NCBI GenBank assembly: GCA_965227295.1
Contig: OZ245742.1
Location: 3,584,001-3,648,000 of the forward strand
Direction: 5' to 3'
Origin: Leptonemataceae bacterium
Lineage (GTDB): Bacteria; Spirochaetota; Leptospiria; Leptospirales; Leptonemataceae
DNA length: 64,000 nt
The notes beneath the pieces are model-generated. The model saw only the letters and a list, made by a program, of their open reading frames with translations. It had not been told where the DNA came from and made no database searches. The position numbers and the translations under genes are program-made. Of this stretch, positions 49,634 through 59,549 are shown piece by piece. Numbering within the stretch: position 1 is the stretch's first letter; every line of letters starts with the position of its first letter.

Positions 49634-50290
49634 TTATCTCGGCCCCGGGAAATAGAACGGCGATTCGAACGGATTGTACGAATACTCCTGATCCGTGTGG
49701 AACCGGAACTCCGGTACGCTCAGGTTTACGCCGGCCACGCTGATCCGCGGGCGCACCGATAGATTCTCCACGTCACCGATGGGAACTCCCAGGAGCCAGA
49801 TCTGGAACTCCGTGGCCGTCTCGATTTCTACATAGTCGGGCAACGATTCGAATTCGTTGACGCTGTAGTACTCCGCAATATCGACATGGCCCGTTCCGGC
49901 ATCGTAGTCATACTGTGTCAGACCGGTGGGAGACAGAGTCGTCGCCTCGTGGCGAAACTGGAAGCTGTCCTGCTCAATGCGCAACGGGGCGGCTCCCGGC
50001 GGGAATTCCAGGCGCCAATGCATGTATACATCCCGGCTCGCGACGAAGTTGTTGTCCGTTGGCCAGAGCGGCAGCAGGCACGGACCGATGAATGCCTTCT
50101 GCTGACCGGAAACGGCCCAATAGTGCAGCGTGATCGGACCGGCCGGGGAAGCCGCGACATAGCGGGCACACGGGACCTCGCAACCGCGGGAGTCGCGGTA
50201 TTGATACTCCGGCGCCAGGTAGTAGCGCGTGTCGATGGTCGAGCAGTGTACGATAAGCAGGGCAATCGGCAGTGTGACGATCCAACGCAT
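49634..50290 (-). CDS. Hypothetical lipoprotein
   Basis: IVHC lipobox-like; lies antisense between two tRNA clusters. Confidence 0.65.
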   Translation of the reverse strand: MRWIVTLPIALLIVHCSTIDTRYYLAPEYQYRDSRGCEVPCARYVAASPAGPITLHYWAVSGQQKAFIGPCLLPLWPTDNNFVASRDVYMHWRLEFPPGAAPLRIEQDSFQFRHEATTLSPTGLTQYDYDAGTGHVDIAEYYSVNEFESLPDYVEIETATEFQIWLLGVPIGDVENLSVRPRISVAGVNLSVPEFRFHTDQEYSYNPFESPFYFPGPR

Positions 50291-50389
50291 GGACGAATTT
50301 TACTTTACCGGGGCGGGGCCGGGAATTCCTTTTCTGTTTGACTACCGGATGGGGCTGAAAAACCTTGCTGTCTCTATCCGGTTCGTCAC

Positions 50390-50471
<82 letters not shown>

Positions 50472-50475
50472 CAAC

Positions 50476-50547
<72 letters not shown>

Positions 50548-50578
50548 CAGTAATCTCGTATCAAGAGAGAACGTTCCG

Positions 50579-50603
50579 AATACCCGCTGCGGCGGGTATT
50601 TTT
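50579..50603 (+). terminator. Intrinsic terminator after tRNA-Gly
   Basis: AATACCCGC-tgcg-GCGGGTATT followed by TTT. Confidence 0.75.
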
Positions 50604-50643
50604 ATATCCTGCTGCTCTAAGACTCTGCCTGCGAATTGTGACC

Positions 50644-51972
50644 ATGGAATTTAAAATCAAGAAACTATCTGAAGTGACCGCCGAGGTTACGCTGAAGACC
50701 ACTGCCGAAGAGGTGGACGAGGCGTATCGCGCCGCGTACAAAAAAGCCCAGACGAAGATTAAGCTCCCCGGCTTCCGCAAGGGTCGCGTGCCCCTGGAAA
50801 TGGTTGAGAAACACCTGGGCGAGAGCGTGGCCGAGGACGCCGCCCGGGAACTCATCGCCGCGACTTTTGAGGATGTGGTCGAGGATCTGGATCCGGCACC
50901 CATCAGCCTGCCGCGCTTTGAGATCGAGTCTTTTGAGCGGGGCAAGGGTGCCGTCTTCAAGGGTACTTACGACACCATGCCGAAGGTCAAGCTCGGTAAG
51001 TACAAAAAACTGAAAGTTAGTGAAGATAAGGCGAAGATCGACGACGCCGTTCTGAAAGAAGAGCTGGAACGCCTGCGCAAAGAAAACGCCACCCTGCAAA
51101 CCAGGGAAGGCGGCGCGCAGAAAGACGACTACGCCACCGCCGAGATCGTGGTCCGGGACTCGGACGGTAAAGAAATGTTCTCGAACAAGGAGTTCCGCTT
51201 CCAGATCGGCGCCGGCCAGAGCCTGCCCGGTTTCGACGATCAGGTGGAAGGCATGGAGGTCGAGCAGGAGAAATCGTTCGAGCTGAACATCGACGAGACC
51301 TTCCCCGACGCCCAGTTCGCCGGGAAGACCGTCCAATGTATCGTGAAGCTCACCGACTGTCGCTTCGCCGACATGCCGGAACTCAACGACGAGTTTGCGA
51401 AAGACATGGGCGAGTACGATACGCTGGCTGATCTTGAGAAGGAACTCCGGGAGAAACTGGAAGAACAGGCCAAAACCGCGCTCAAACAAAAGGCAATGAA
51501 CGAACTGGTCCGCCAGGCCGTCGAAGGCGCGAAGGTTTCCGTGCCCGATTCCGTCGTGGAGAACGAGATGGGACAGCGCTTCGAGCATATCAAGCAGCGA
51601 ATCGGCCAGAAGGATCTGGACCTGGACGGTCTGGCGAAGGCCACCGGTCAGAGCCGGGAGGATCTGGAAAAGGAACTCCGGGAATCCGCGCAGCGCGGCG
51701 TCGAGGAGCGCCTGGTGCTCCGGGAAATCCTCGAAACCGAGGCCATCGAGGTCGCGGACGACGAGATCGAGCAGGAGATCCGCACCATGTACGGACAATT
51801 CCTGCAGGGCCCGCAGCTGGACCAATTCGTGGGCAATGAAAAGGTCCGGGACGACGTTCGGGGCCGGCTACTCTACGTCAAATGCCTGGAGTGGCTCTAC
51901 GACAACGCCGAGGTAAAAACCGGAAATGAGATTTCTTATAAGCAGCTCAAAGAAGAGGGCGCCCTTTCCTGA
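50644..51972 (+). CDS. tig: Trigger factor
   Basis: PGFRKGRVP ribosome-binding motif; FKBP domain; precedes clpP-clpX. Confidence 0.95.
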   Translation: MEFKIKKLSEVTAEVTLKTTAEEVDEAYRAAYKKAQTKIKLPGFRKGRVPLEMVEKHLGESVAEDAARELIAATFEDVVEDLDPAPISLPRFEIESFERGKGAVFKGTYDTMPKVKLGKYKKLKVSEDKAKIDDAVLKEELERLRKENATLQTREGGAQKDDYATAEIVVRDSDGKEMFSNKEFRFQIGAGQSLPGFDDQVEGMEVEQEKSFELNIDETFPDAQFAGKTVQCIVKLTDCRFADMPELNDEFAKDMGEYDTLADLEKELREKLEEQAKTALKQKAMNELVRQAVEGAKVSVPDSVVENEMGQRFEHIKQRIGQKDLDLDGLAKATGQSREDLEKELRESAQRGVEERLVLREILETEAIEVADDEIEQEIRTMYGQFLQGPQLDQFVGNEKVRDDVRGRLLYVKCLEWLYDNAEVKTGNEISYKQLKEEGALS

Positions 51973-52056
51973 ATTCGGCGCTATTCTTTGAGCTATACTT
52001 GACATAAGTCGAATTACTATTTTTCTGGTAAGGTATCCCCGGAGGATCTATACACT

Positions 52057-52647
52057 ATGGCGATCGTACCCACAATCTGGGAACAAACCGGCCGCGGCGA
52101 ACGCGGTTACGACATCTACTCCCGACTCTTAAAAGATCGGGTCATCTTTCTTGGTTATCCCATCGACGACACCTACGCGAACCTCATCATCGCGCAGATG
52201 CTCTTCCTCGATGCGGACGATCCGGAAAAGGATATCTATCTCTACATCAACTCTCCGGGCGGATATGTCAGCGACGGCCTGGCGATCTACGACACCATGC
52301 AGTACGTACGGGCCGACATTCGGACCGTCTGCATCGGCCAGGCGGCCAACATCTCCTCGTTGCTCCTGGCGGCCGGCGCACCGGGCAAACGTTCCGCGTT
52401 ACCCAACGCCCGTATCATGATGCACCAGCCCATCGGCGGCGTCCAGGGTCAGTCCCGGGACATTGAGATCCAGGCGAAGGAGATCCTGCACATCAAAGAG
52501 AAGCTCAACAGCATCTACGCGAAGCACACCGGGCGACCGCTGGAGCAGATCGAGAAGGATGTGGATCGGTTCTTTTACATTTCGTCGGATGACGCCAAAG
52601 AGTACGGACTCATCGATACGGTCATCGAGAGCGAAAAAGAGCGCTGA
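52057..52647 (+). CDS. clpP: ClpP-family subunit with degenerate catalytic triad
   Basis: [17 protein letters not shown] and MMHQP present, but Asn98 and Phe172 occupy the catalytic Ser and Asp positions. Confidence 0.92.
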   Translation: MAIVPTIWEQTGRGERGYDIYSRLLKDRVIFLGYPIDDTYANLIIAQMLFLDADDPEKDIYLYINSPGGYVSDGLAIYDTMQYVRADIRTVCIGQAANISSLLLAAGAPGKRSALPNARIMMHQPIGGVQGQSRDIEIQAKEILHIKEKLNSIYAKHTGRPLEQIEKDVDRFFYISSDDAKEYGLIDTVIESEKER

Positions 52648-52751
52648 AGACCGCTCAAACGGTCCCGGAGACAATGGATTTTGATTGAAACTCCGGGCAG
52701 GCCGGGGCTTCTTATCATCTCCGGGGGCCCGGACGGACGGCGGACAAGAAA

Positions 52752-54053
52752 ATGGCAGTACGGAAGAAAAGCGGAGATCGAGAGAAGCTGCACTGTAGCT
52801 TTTGCGGCAAGGAACAGGACTCCGTGCGCCGCCTTGTGGCGGGGCCGGGGGTCTACATTTGCGACGAGTGCATCGAGCTCTGCAACGAGATCATCGCCGA
52901 AGAGGGCGATCAGGAGGGCGGCGGCGTCCTCCAGGGTGAGTTGCCGCGCCCGGCGGAAATTCGCGACATCCTCGACCAGTACGTCATCGGGCAGGAGCGA
53001 GCCAAGAAGGCCCTGGCGGTAGCCGTCTATAATCACTACAAGCGCATCAATCAGAACCAGAAGAAAGGTGAGGTCGAGCTGGACAAGTCCAACATCCTGC
53101 TCATCGGGCCCACGGGTTCCGGCAAGACTCTGCTCGCGCAAACCCTGGCGCGGCTCCTCAAAGTGCCGTTCGCCATCGTGGACGCCACGGCATTGACCGA
53201 GGCCGGCTATGTCGGCGAGGATGTGGAGAACATTCTCCTGCGTCTCATCCAGAACGCGGACAACGACATCAAGCGCGCCGAGATCGGCATCATTTACATC
53301 GACGAGATCGACAAGATCTCGCGCAAGACGGACAACCCCTCCATCACCCGGGACGTCTCCGGTGAGGGCGTGCAGCAGGCCCTGCTCAAGATCATCGAAG
53401 GAACCGTCGCCAACGTTCCGCCCCAGGGCGGCCGCAAGCATCCGCATCAGGACTTTCTGTCGCTCGATACGCGCAACATCCTGTTCATTTGCGGCGGTGC
53501 CTTTGTGGGGCTGGACAAGATCATCGAGCATCGCCTCGGTCGTCGGGAGATCGGCTTCGGTCGCAAACCGGACCATGCGCCCATGGGAAAACAGGATCGT
53601 GCGCGTCGCCGGGAGATGCTGGCTCAGGTCATTCCGGACGACCTCATGAAGTACGGCCTCATTCCGGAATTCGTCGGCCGTCTGCCCATGGTGGCAAGCC
53701 TCGACGACCTGGACATCGAAACGCTGAAGCAGATTTTTACCGAACCGAAGAACTCACTGCTGCGCCAGTATCAGCGCATCTTCGAACTGGAAGAGGTGAA
53801 GCTTAAGTTCACCGACGAAGCCATTACGAAAATCGCCGAGCTGGCCATGCAACGCGAGGCCGGCGCCCGCGGTCTGCGCAGTATCGTCGAGAACGTCATG
53901 ATGGAACTCATGTACTCGATTCCGTCCCGGGACGACGTCGAAGAAGTGGTCATCACTCCTGCTGTCATTGAGAAGCAGGATCAGCCCGTCTTCGTCATGA
54001 AGAAAGAGGGCGGTCGTTCTTCGTCGAAAGACAAGAAAGAAAAGCTGGCCTGA
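52752..54053 (+). CDS. clpX: Clp protease ATP-binding subunit ClpX
   Basis: CSFC...CDEC Zn finger; [22 protein letters not shown] and IGF loop. Confidence 0.98.
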   Translation: MAVRKKSGDREKLHCSFCGKEQDSVRRLVAGPGVYICDECIELCNEIIAEEGDQEGGGVLQGELPRPAEIRDILDQYVIGQERAKKALAVAVYNHYKRINQNQKKGEVELDKSNILLIGPTGSGKTLLAQTLARLLKVPFAIVDATALTEAGYVGEDVENILLRLIQNADNDIKRAEIGIIYIDEIDKISRKTDNPSITRDVSGEGVQQALLKIIEGTVANVPPQGGRKHPHQDFLSLDTRNILFICGGAFVGLDKIIEHRLGRREIGFGRKPDHAPMGKQDRARRREMLAQVIPDDLMKYGLIPEFVGRLPMVASLDDLDIETLKQIFTEPKNSLLRQYQRIFELEEVKLKFTDEAITKIAELAMQREAGARGLRSIVENVMMELMYSIPSRDDVEEVVITPAVIEKQDQPVFVMKKEGGRSSSKDKKEKLA

Positions 54054-54085
54054 GTTATTCGGGCCGTATTCGATGCACGATTCTT

Positions 54086-54206
54086 CGCGTCAGCGATTGG
54101 AAGGGTCGCGCGTAGCGCGAGTCCGGAGCGAAGCGCAGGACCGAAGGCGAAGCCGTCGCCCTGGAAAGCGCGGTCGGAAGGCGCCTGGGCCTGGCGCCTT
54201 CCGAGA
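54086..54206. repeat. REP-like palindromic element plus hairpin between convergent clpX and tatC
   Basis: CGCGTCAGCGATTGGAAGGG...CCCTGGAAAGCGCG with internal GCGTAGC/GCGAAGC hairpins, then TCGGAAGGCGCC-N-GGCGCCTTCCGA. Confidence 0.6.
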
Positions 54207-54251
54207 CGCCCAATGAAATCGCATCTTGTCTTGACTAACTTCTGTAAGCGT

Positions 54252-55262
54252 TCACTTACGCCGCCGCGCGCGCTCAATCAACCACACCAGCATCACCGAA
54301 AACCCGTAGAGTCCCAGCAGCAGCGTTCCCATAATCAAGAGCGACAACGGGTCGGGCGGCGTAATGGCGGCCGAGAAAACGAAGATGCCCGTGACGAAAA
54401 CCTTCCAGGTGGCCCGATGCCAGGCCATGGTTACAATTCCCAGGGCACCCAGGATGACGACGACCAGAGGCATTTGAAACATGATGCCCGCGCCCACGTG
54501 CAACAGGAACAGGAAGTTGTAGTACTTCTCCACGGTGGTCTGCGGCGCGATGCCCTCGGGCAAAATCTCCACGAACATGAACTGCAGCGATAGCGGGAAG
54601 ATGTAGAACCAGCACACAGCCATGCCCGTCCAGAAGAGCAGTGTAGAACAGAGGACGATGCCGTTGCCCAGCAGCGCGGCGCGGCGGCTGAGGGCGGGGG
54701 CCACAAAGCCCCACAGGATATACGTTAACACGGGGAGCGCCGTGGCGAGGCCGGTAATGAAACTGACTTTGATGTAAACTTCCATCGGCCCGACGACACT
54801 CTGGAGCAGCAATCTTTCGCCGGTGACCTCGGTGTAAGGCCCGATGAGAAAACGATGGATGTACGTGCTGAACACACCGGCCGCCACACTGAACGTTACC
54901 AAAACACCGATCATCCAGAGGATGCGGACGCGCAGTTCTTCCAGGTGATCGCCCACGGACATGTACTTTTCGCGCGGGTCGTCGTCGTGATAGTCGGCGT
55001 CGAAGCCGTCATCGTGCGGATCGTGGTCGGTAACGGGTGGCTGGTCCGGCGGAGCAGGGGGGCCGCCGACGACCGCATCTTTGCGGTAGCTACCGGTGGG
55101 TACCAGCGTGGGCCGGCGGTCGGTCTTCCGGGGCGCTTTCTTGCGAGAGCGAGCGACTTTCTTGCGGGGCGTCGCACTCTTTTTCCGAGCGGCTTTCTTG
55201 CGGGATGCGGCCGTCTTTTTGCGCGCCGCGGCCTTGCGGGATCCCGATTTCTTCTTCGGCAT
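54252..55262 (-). CDS. tatC: Twin-arginine translocase subunit TatC with basic N-terminal extension
   Basis: MSVGDHLEELR.R, WGFVAPAL, FQMP and AAITPPD motifs. Confidence 0.92.
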   Translation of the reverse strand: MPKKKSGSRKAAARKKTAASRKKAARKKSATPRKKVARSRKKAPRKTDRRPTLVPTGSYRKDAVVGGPPAPPDQPPVTDHDPHDDGFDADYHDDDPREKYMSVGDHLEELRVRILWMIGVLVTFSVAAGVFSTYIHRFLIGPYTEVTGERLLLQSVVGPMEVYIKVSFITGLATALPVLTYILWGFVAPALSRRAALLGNGIVLCSTLLFWTGMAVCWFYIFPLSLQFMFVEILPEGIAPQTTVEKYYNFLFLLHVGAGIMFQMPLVVVILGALGIVTMAWHRATWKVFVTGIFVFSAAITPPDPLSLLIMGTLLLGLYGFSVMLVWLIERARRRK

Positions 55263-55279
55263 GACTCAGGCGTGGTGGA

Positions 55280-55531
55280 TCAGCTTTTCTTGCTGCGACC
55301 GGCTTTCGTTTTCGAGGAATCTTTCTTTTTATCGACACCGTCGATGGTGACCGAGTCCTCGATTTCACCGCGGACGTTCGAGACTTCCTGCTCCGCGTCG
55401 CCCATGGTCTTTTTGAATTCGCGGATGCCGATGCCGAGGTCTTTGGCAAGCTGCGGAATTTTACGGCCACCGAAGAGGATGAGGACGATCAAGAAGACGA
55501 TTAATATTTCCCAGAATCCGAAATTGCCCAT
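55280..55531 (-). CDS. tatA: Twin-arginine translocase subunit TatA
   Basis: EILIV...LFGGRKIPQLAKDLG.GIREFK. Confidence 0.93.
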   Translation of the reverse strand: MGNFGFWEILIVFLIVLILFGGRKIPQLAKDLGIGIREFKKTMGDAEQEVSNVRGEIEDSVTIDGVDKKKDSSKTKAGRSKKS

Positions 55532-55698
55532 GAGACTGTTCCTGCGCCGAACCGATAATGATAGTAGTGCGGCTGGGCGCCCGGCCGTCGCCGGTTCTAC
55601 GGGCAGGAAACTGAGGTCCGGGAGATTCGGCCAGCAAAATGATTTAGAGTTGTCACGCTTTTTTGAGGCTGATACACTCTCGCAGGCGAGGTAATTCC

Positions 55699-56511
55699 GT
55701 GGCGGTCAGCAAGGAACAGAAGCATCTCTACAATGAAAAGGTCCGGCCGTACAAGAGCACGGCGGAAGACCTCAAAAAAGAAATCTCCACCGTGAAGGGG
55801 GCCGGGCGGCGGAACGCGAAGCTGGACCCTTACTTTCAGGTGAAGTCCGCGGTCCTGGGGGCCCAACGGGCCAACACCCTGGTGCAGATGTCCCGCCTGT
55901 CGCAGCAGATCCAGAACATCAAGAACGACAGTTACCTCAACGACGCTCGCAAAGAAATTTCCAGCCGACTTTCCGACCTCCTGAAGATCGTGGGCGAGAA
56001 CCTTGACGGCGGACTCACCGACAACGTCGACGAACTGGCAAAGATCTCACAGCTTACGCCGCTCCAGAAGTTCCATCTGCTTCAGGGACTCAAGGACGCC
56101 ATCGAGAACGTTCGCGCGGCCATGGGGGAGACCTCCAAGTGGCGCTGGTACTATCCGGACATGTATCTCAAGCTCGTGACCCTGGCCCGCAACCTCATGG
56201 ACTTCAAGCAGTTCGAGCGCACGAAGGATCCGAACGACGACAACTACCGGCCGCTTCAGGAGTACATGCGGTTTATGATGGAAGAGTCCCAGAATGCCGC
56301 TCAGGAATACCGCTCCAAGTACGAGCTGAGTACGAACGAGGTCGGCGACCTCCAGGTAATCCAGCGGATTTTCGAGATGCAGAAACGGGTCTACACGTTC
56401 ACCGGGCAGAAGGAGGAACTGAAAAAGGCCTCGATCTCCCTGGATAGCATCAAGGAAAAAATCGAAGCCCAGATGTCCGAAAAGAAGGGCGCCAAAAAGA
56501 AGAAAGGTTGA
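55699..56511 (+). CDS. Conserved spirochaete hypothetical protein
   Basis: GAGG RBS, GTG start, strong codon bias; helical. Confidence 0.75.
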   Translation: MAVSKEQKHLYNEKVRPYKSTAEDLKKEISTVKGAGRRNAKLDPYFQVKSAVLGAQRANTLVQMSRLSQQIQNIKNDSYLNDARKEISSRLSDLLKIVGENLDGGLTDNVDELAKISQLTPLQKFHLLQGLKDAIENVRAAMGETSKWRWYYPDMYLKLVTLARNLMDFKQFERTKDPNDDNYRPLQEYMRFMMEESQNAAQEYRSKYELSTNEVGDLQVIQRIFEMQKRVYTFTGQKEELKKASISLDSIKEKIEAQMSEKKGAKKKKG

Positions 56512-56557
56512 CGCTCCGGCCTTTCCTGGTTTGCTTATCGGGAAGGAGTGCCGAATT

Positions 56558-56872
56558 ATGTCCGTAAAAACCCTTACCGATGCCACCTACGATCAGGATA
56601 CCGCCAGCGGTACGGTGCTCGTCGATTTCTGGGCGGAGTGGTGCGGCCCGTGCAAGATGATCGCTCCCATTGTAGAAGAGCTTTCCGGTGAGATGGGCGA
56701 CGTCACCTTTGCCAAGCTGAACGTGGACGAAAACCAGCAGGTCGCTCAGAAGCTCGGCATCACGTCGATCCCCACGCTCATCCTGTACAAAGACGGCCAG
56801 CAGGTAGACAAGGTCGTCGGTCTCATGCCGAAGCCCCAGCTCAAGAGCTTCATCGAGAAACACAACGGCTGA
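56558..56872 (+). CDS. trxA: Thioredoxin
   Basis: WCGPC motif; AAGGAG RBS. Confidence 0.97.
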   Translation: MSVKTLTDATYDQDTASGTVLVDFWAEWCGPCKMIAPIVEELSGEMGDVTFAKLNVDENQQVAQKLGITSIPTLILYKDGQQVDKVVGLMPKPQLKSFIEKHNG

Positions 56873-56879
56873 GCCTTCC

Positions 56880-57215
56880 TCACTCCGACAGAACCTGCAA
56901 GAACACGCCGTGGTCGTGATCCCCGGCGCGTTCGCTGCGAACGTACACCGGAACGCCGAGTTCCAGCAGGGCGGACTCCTCGTCCGTGAGGACGACGGCG
57001 TGGCGGTGTCCCAGGGTTTCGTCGAGATCAAACACCCGAATTCCGGATCGTAGCAGGCGCAGGGAGAACGCATTCGTCGTGTGGCTGTGCAGCGCCGTCG
57101 TTTCCACCCGGGCCTGAAGCCGGCCATCCTCGCTACCGGACGTACAATGTGCCACCTGGCCGGTCAGGAGCGGGATGATGATCATTCCTGTGATTTTCTG
57201 GATGCGCCGGTTCAT
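56880..57215 (-). CDS. Hypothetical small lipoprotein
   Basis: Signal-like N-terminus ending VAHC. Confidence 0.5.
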   Translation of the reverse strand: MNRRIQKITGMIIIPLLTGQVAHCTSGSEDGRLQARVETTALHSHTTNAFSLRLLRSGIRVFDLDETLGHRHAVVLTDEESALLELGVPVYVRSERAGDHDHGVFLQVLSE

Positions 57216-57367
57216 GCTGTCCGCCTTGACTCAATTTGCATGGCTGCGGAGCCGATTTTAGAAAGGTTGTCTCGTATTTCGATGATTTCCGGGATTTTTT
57301 TAGTGTTAATTAGCTTTCTTTACGGAAAGGTGGCCTTCCAGTTCATGGAGAGCGGAACGGTAGATTC

Positions 57368-59539
57368 ATGGCTTTAACGAAGGTTGAGTTATCGGCTCCT
57401 TATACGTCGCTGCCCCGGGGCGGCTACCTGGTAGAGACGTCCGTCGGCTACATTCAATTCGGTTCCCCGCCGGAGACGATCAAAGACACGATGATGCTGC
57501 CGCGCAGTACGCCGCAGATCTTCGTCCTGCCGAACAAGTTTTTCCACGTGGAGAAGGGCATCTCCGTCGCCGAGCTGGAATTCCCGATCTACTACAATCA
57601 CTTCCTCCGCCAGAAGAAAACCTACATCGTCTGTACCCGGGAACAACGCGAGCAGTTGAAGATCGTGTTGAACGAGGCCGTCTTCGGTCCGGAGATTGTG
57701 GACCTTGCCTCGGAATTCGTCGACGGCGAGTCCACGTTCGGTTTCCCGGACATGGTCAAAGAGATGGATCACTTCCGCGGCGGCCGGGAACTGGACGACC
57801 TGGTGAAGTTCGTGATCTTCAAAAACAACCAGGTGCGGCTGAACAACGTCACGATCACGAAACTGGAGAACGAAAATTTCCGCCTGGAAGATACGGACTG
57901 GAACTCGCGTACCGAACTTCCCGGCGGCGTGGACTTTAAGATCATTTACGATACGGGAAAGCGGCCGGTGGAGCCCTACAAGCCGCCGCTGTTGGGCATT
58001 ACGTGCCTGGGACCGTCCCACGGTTTCGATCCCGAGGAAAACACCAGCGGTTTCTTGCTGTGGATCAATCACCAGGGCATTATGGTGGACCCGCCGGTGA
58101 ACTCGACGGAGTGGTTGCGCGAATCCAACGTCAATCCCAAACTCATTAACAGCATCATCTTAACTCACTGTCACGCCGATCACGACGCCGGCACGTTTCA
58201 AAAGATTCTCGAAGAAGGCAAGATTACCATCTACTCCACGGAGACGGTGATGCACTCCTTCGTGCGCAAGTACCACGGCCTTACGAAGATTCCGGTCAAA
58301 GAACTCTTTTCGCTCTTCGACTTCGTGCCGGTGGTCATCGGCAAGATGTACATCATCAACGGTGCCGAGTTTCGCTTCAATTACGCCCTGCATTCCATTC
58401 CGTCCCTGAGCTTCGAGTTTTTCTTTCAGGATCAGTCGTTCATCTATTCGTCGGATCATCTCAACGATCCCGACCGTTGCGCTCAGTTGCTCGAAATGGG
58501 CATCCTCACGGAAAGCCGCTATCGTGATCTCATCGAATTTCCGTGGCATCACAAAATGATCTATCACGAGGCCGGTATCCCGCCGTTGCATACGCGCATC
58601 GATTACCTGCGTTCATTGCCCGAGGACGTGCAGAAGCGCATCACGGTGTATCACATCGCGAAAAAGGACATGCCGGCGGACTCGCATTTGAACCTGGCGA
58701 CCTTCGGGATCGAAAACACGTACTATCCGGAGACCACGCCGCCGAAACACGAGACGGCCTATCGTTTGCTGGACGCCCTGGCCAACGTGGACATCTTCCG
58801 GGATTTCCCCATTGCGAAGTCGAAAGAGTTTCTAACGATTGTCGAACGTAAGATCTACGAGCGTGGTGAGCGCATCATCGAGAAGAACAGCCCGGGCGAT
58901 AAGTTTTTCATTATCGTTTCGGGGAACGTGCGGGTCGAGGGCCTGGACCATCTCCAGGATGCCGACGAGGGCAAACGCTTCGGCTCGTACGAGTACTTCG
59001 GCGAAGCCTCGCTGATTATGGATCAACCGCGGAGTGCCGACGTCATTGCCGAGACTCAGGTCGAGGCGCTAACGATCAACAAAACGAAGTTTCTGAACTT
59101 CATAAAGGGCTCCGGGCTGAACCAGAAGTTCGCGCGCCTGGCGGAGATCCGTCGCACCGGTAGTTGGGAGACGCTGTCGAAGTCGCGTTTCTTCCGGTAC
59201 ACCACGTCGGCGCAGAAGACCCAGTTGGAACTGCTCGTTTACTTTCGAACCATGCGCATGTCGGATCTGCTGATTCGCCAGGGCCTTACGTTCGACGAAG
59301 CTTACATTATTAAGACCGGTACGGTGGACGTGCTCCGCCACGGCCGCCTGGTGGAAGCCCTGGGCCCCGGCGACTTCTGCGGGGAGATCTTCAAACTCCA
59401 GAAGAACACGCCGTCGGCCTACGATTTTAAGGCCACTTCGAATCTCGAGGTTTACGTGATTCGTCGGGAAGACCTGATCTACTACATCACCGAAAACCCG
59501 GGCGTGTACATGCGCCTGAACTACGTGTACGGGAACTAA
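57368..59539 (+). CDS. Metallo-beta-lactamase-fold hydrolase with two C-terminal cNMP-binding domains
   Basis: THCHADH, HSIP, SSDH and HEAG motifs; FGEASL...PRSADV and GDFCGE motifs. Confidence 0.88.
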   Translation: MALTKVELSAPYTSLPRGGYLVETSVGYIQFGSPPETIKDTMMLPRSTPQIFVLPNKFFHVEKGISVAELEFPIYYNHFLRQKKTYIVCTREQREQLKIVLNEAVFGPEIVDLASEFVDGESTFGFPDMVKEMDHFRGGRELDDLVKFVIFKNNQVRLNNVTITKLENENFRLEDTDWNSRTELPGGVDFKIIYDTGKRPVEPYKPPLLGITCLGPSHGFDPEENTSGFLLWINHQGIMVDPPVNSTEWLRESNVNPKLINSIILTHCHADHDAGTFQKILEEGKITIYSTETVMHSFVRKYHGLTKIPVKELFSLFDFVPVVIGKMYIINGAEFRFNYALHSIPSLSFEFFFQDQSFIYSSDHLNDPDRCAQLLEMGILTESRYRDLIEFPWHHKMIYHEAGIPPLHTRIDYLRSLPEDVQKRITVYHIAKKDMPADSHLNLATFGIENTYYPETTPPKHETAYRLLDALANVDIFRDFPIAKSKEFLTIVERKIYERGERIIEKNSPGDKFFIIVSGNVRVEGLDHLQDADEGKRFGSYEYFGEASLIMDQPRSADVIAETQVEALTINKTKFLNFIKGSGLNQKFARLAEIRRTGSWETLSKSRFFRYTTSAQKTQLELLVYFRTMRMSDLLIRQGLTFDEAYIIKTGTVDVLRHGRLVEALGPGDFCGEIFKLQKNTPSAYDFKATSNLEVYVIRREDLIYYITENPGVYMRLNYVYGN

Positions 59540-59549
59540 GTTCTTCGCG

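Noticed and set aside
50665..51825. 386-aa minus ORF, and similar long antisense ORFs over sucA, clpX and the AI-2E gene
   Set aside because: In-register antisense shadows caused by codon bias.
51999..52027. Sigma-70 promoter before clpP (TTGACA)
   Set aside because: No acceptable -10 hexamer at 16-18-nt spacing.
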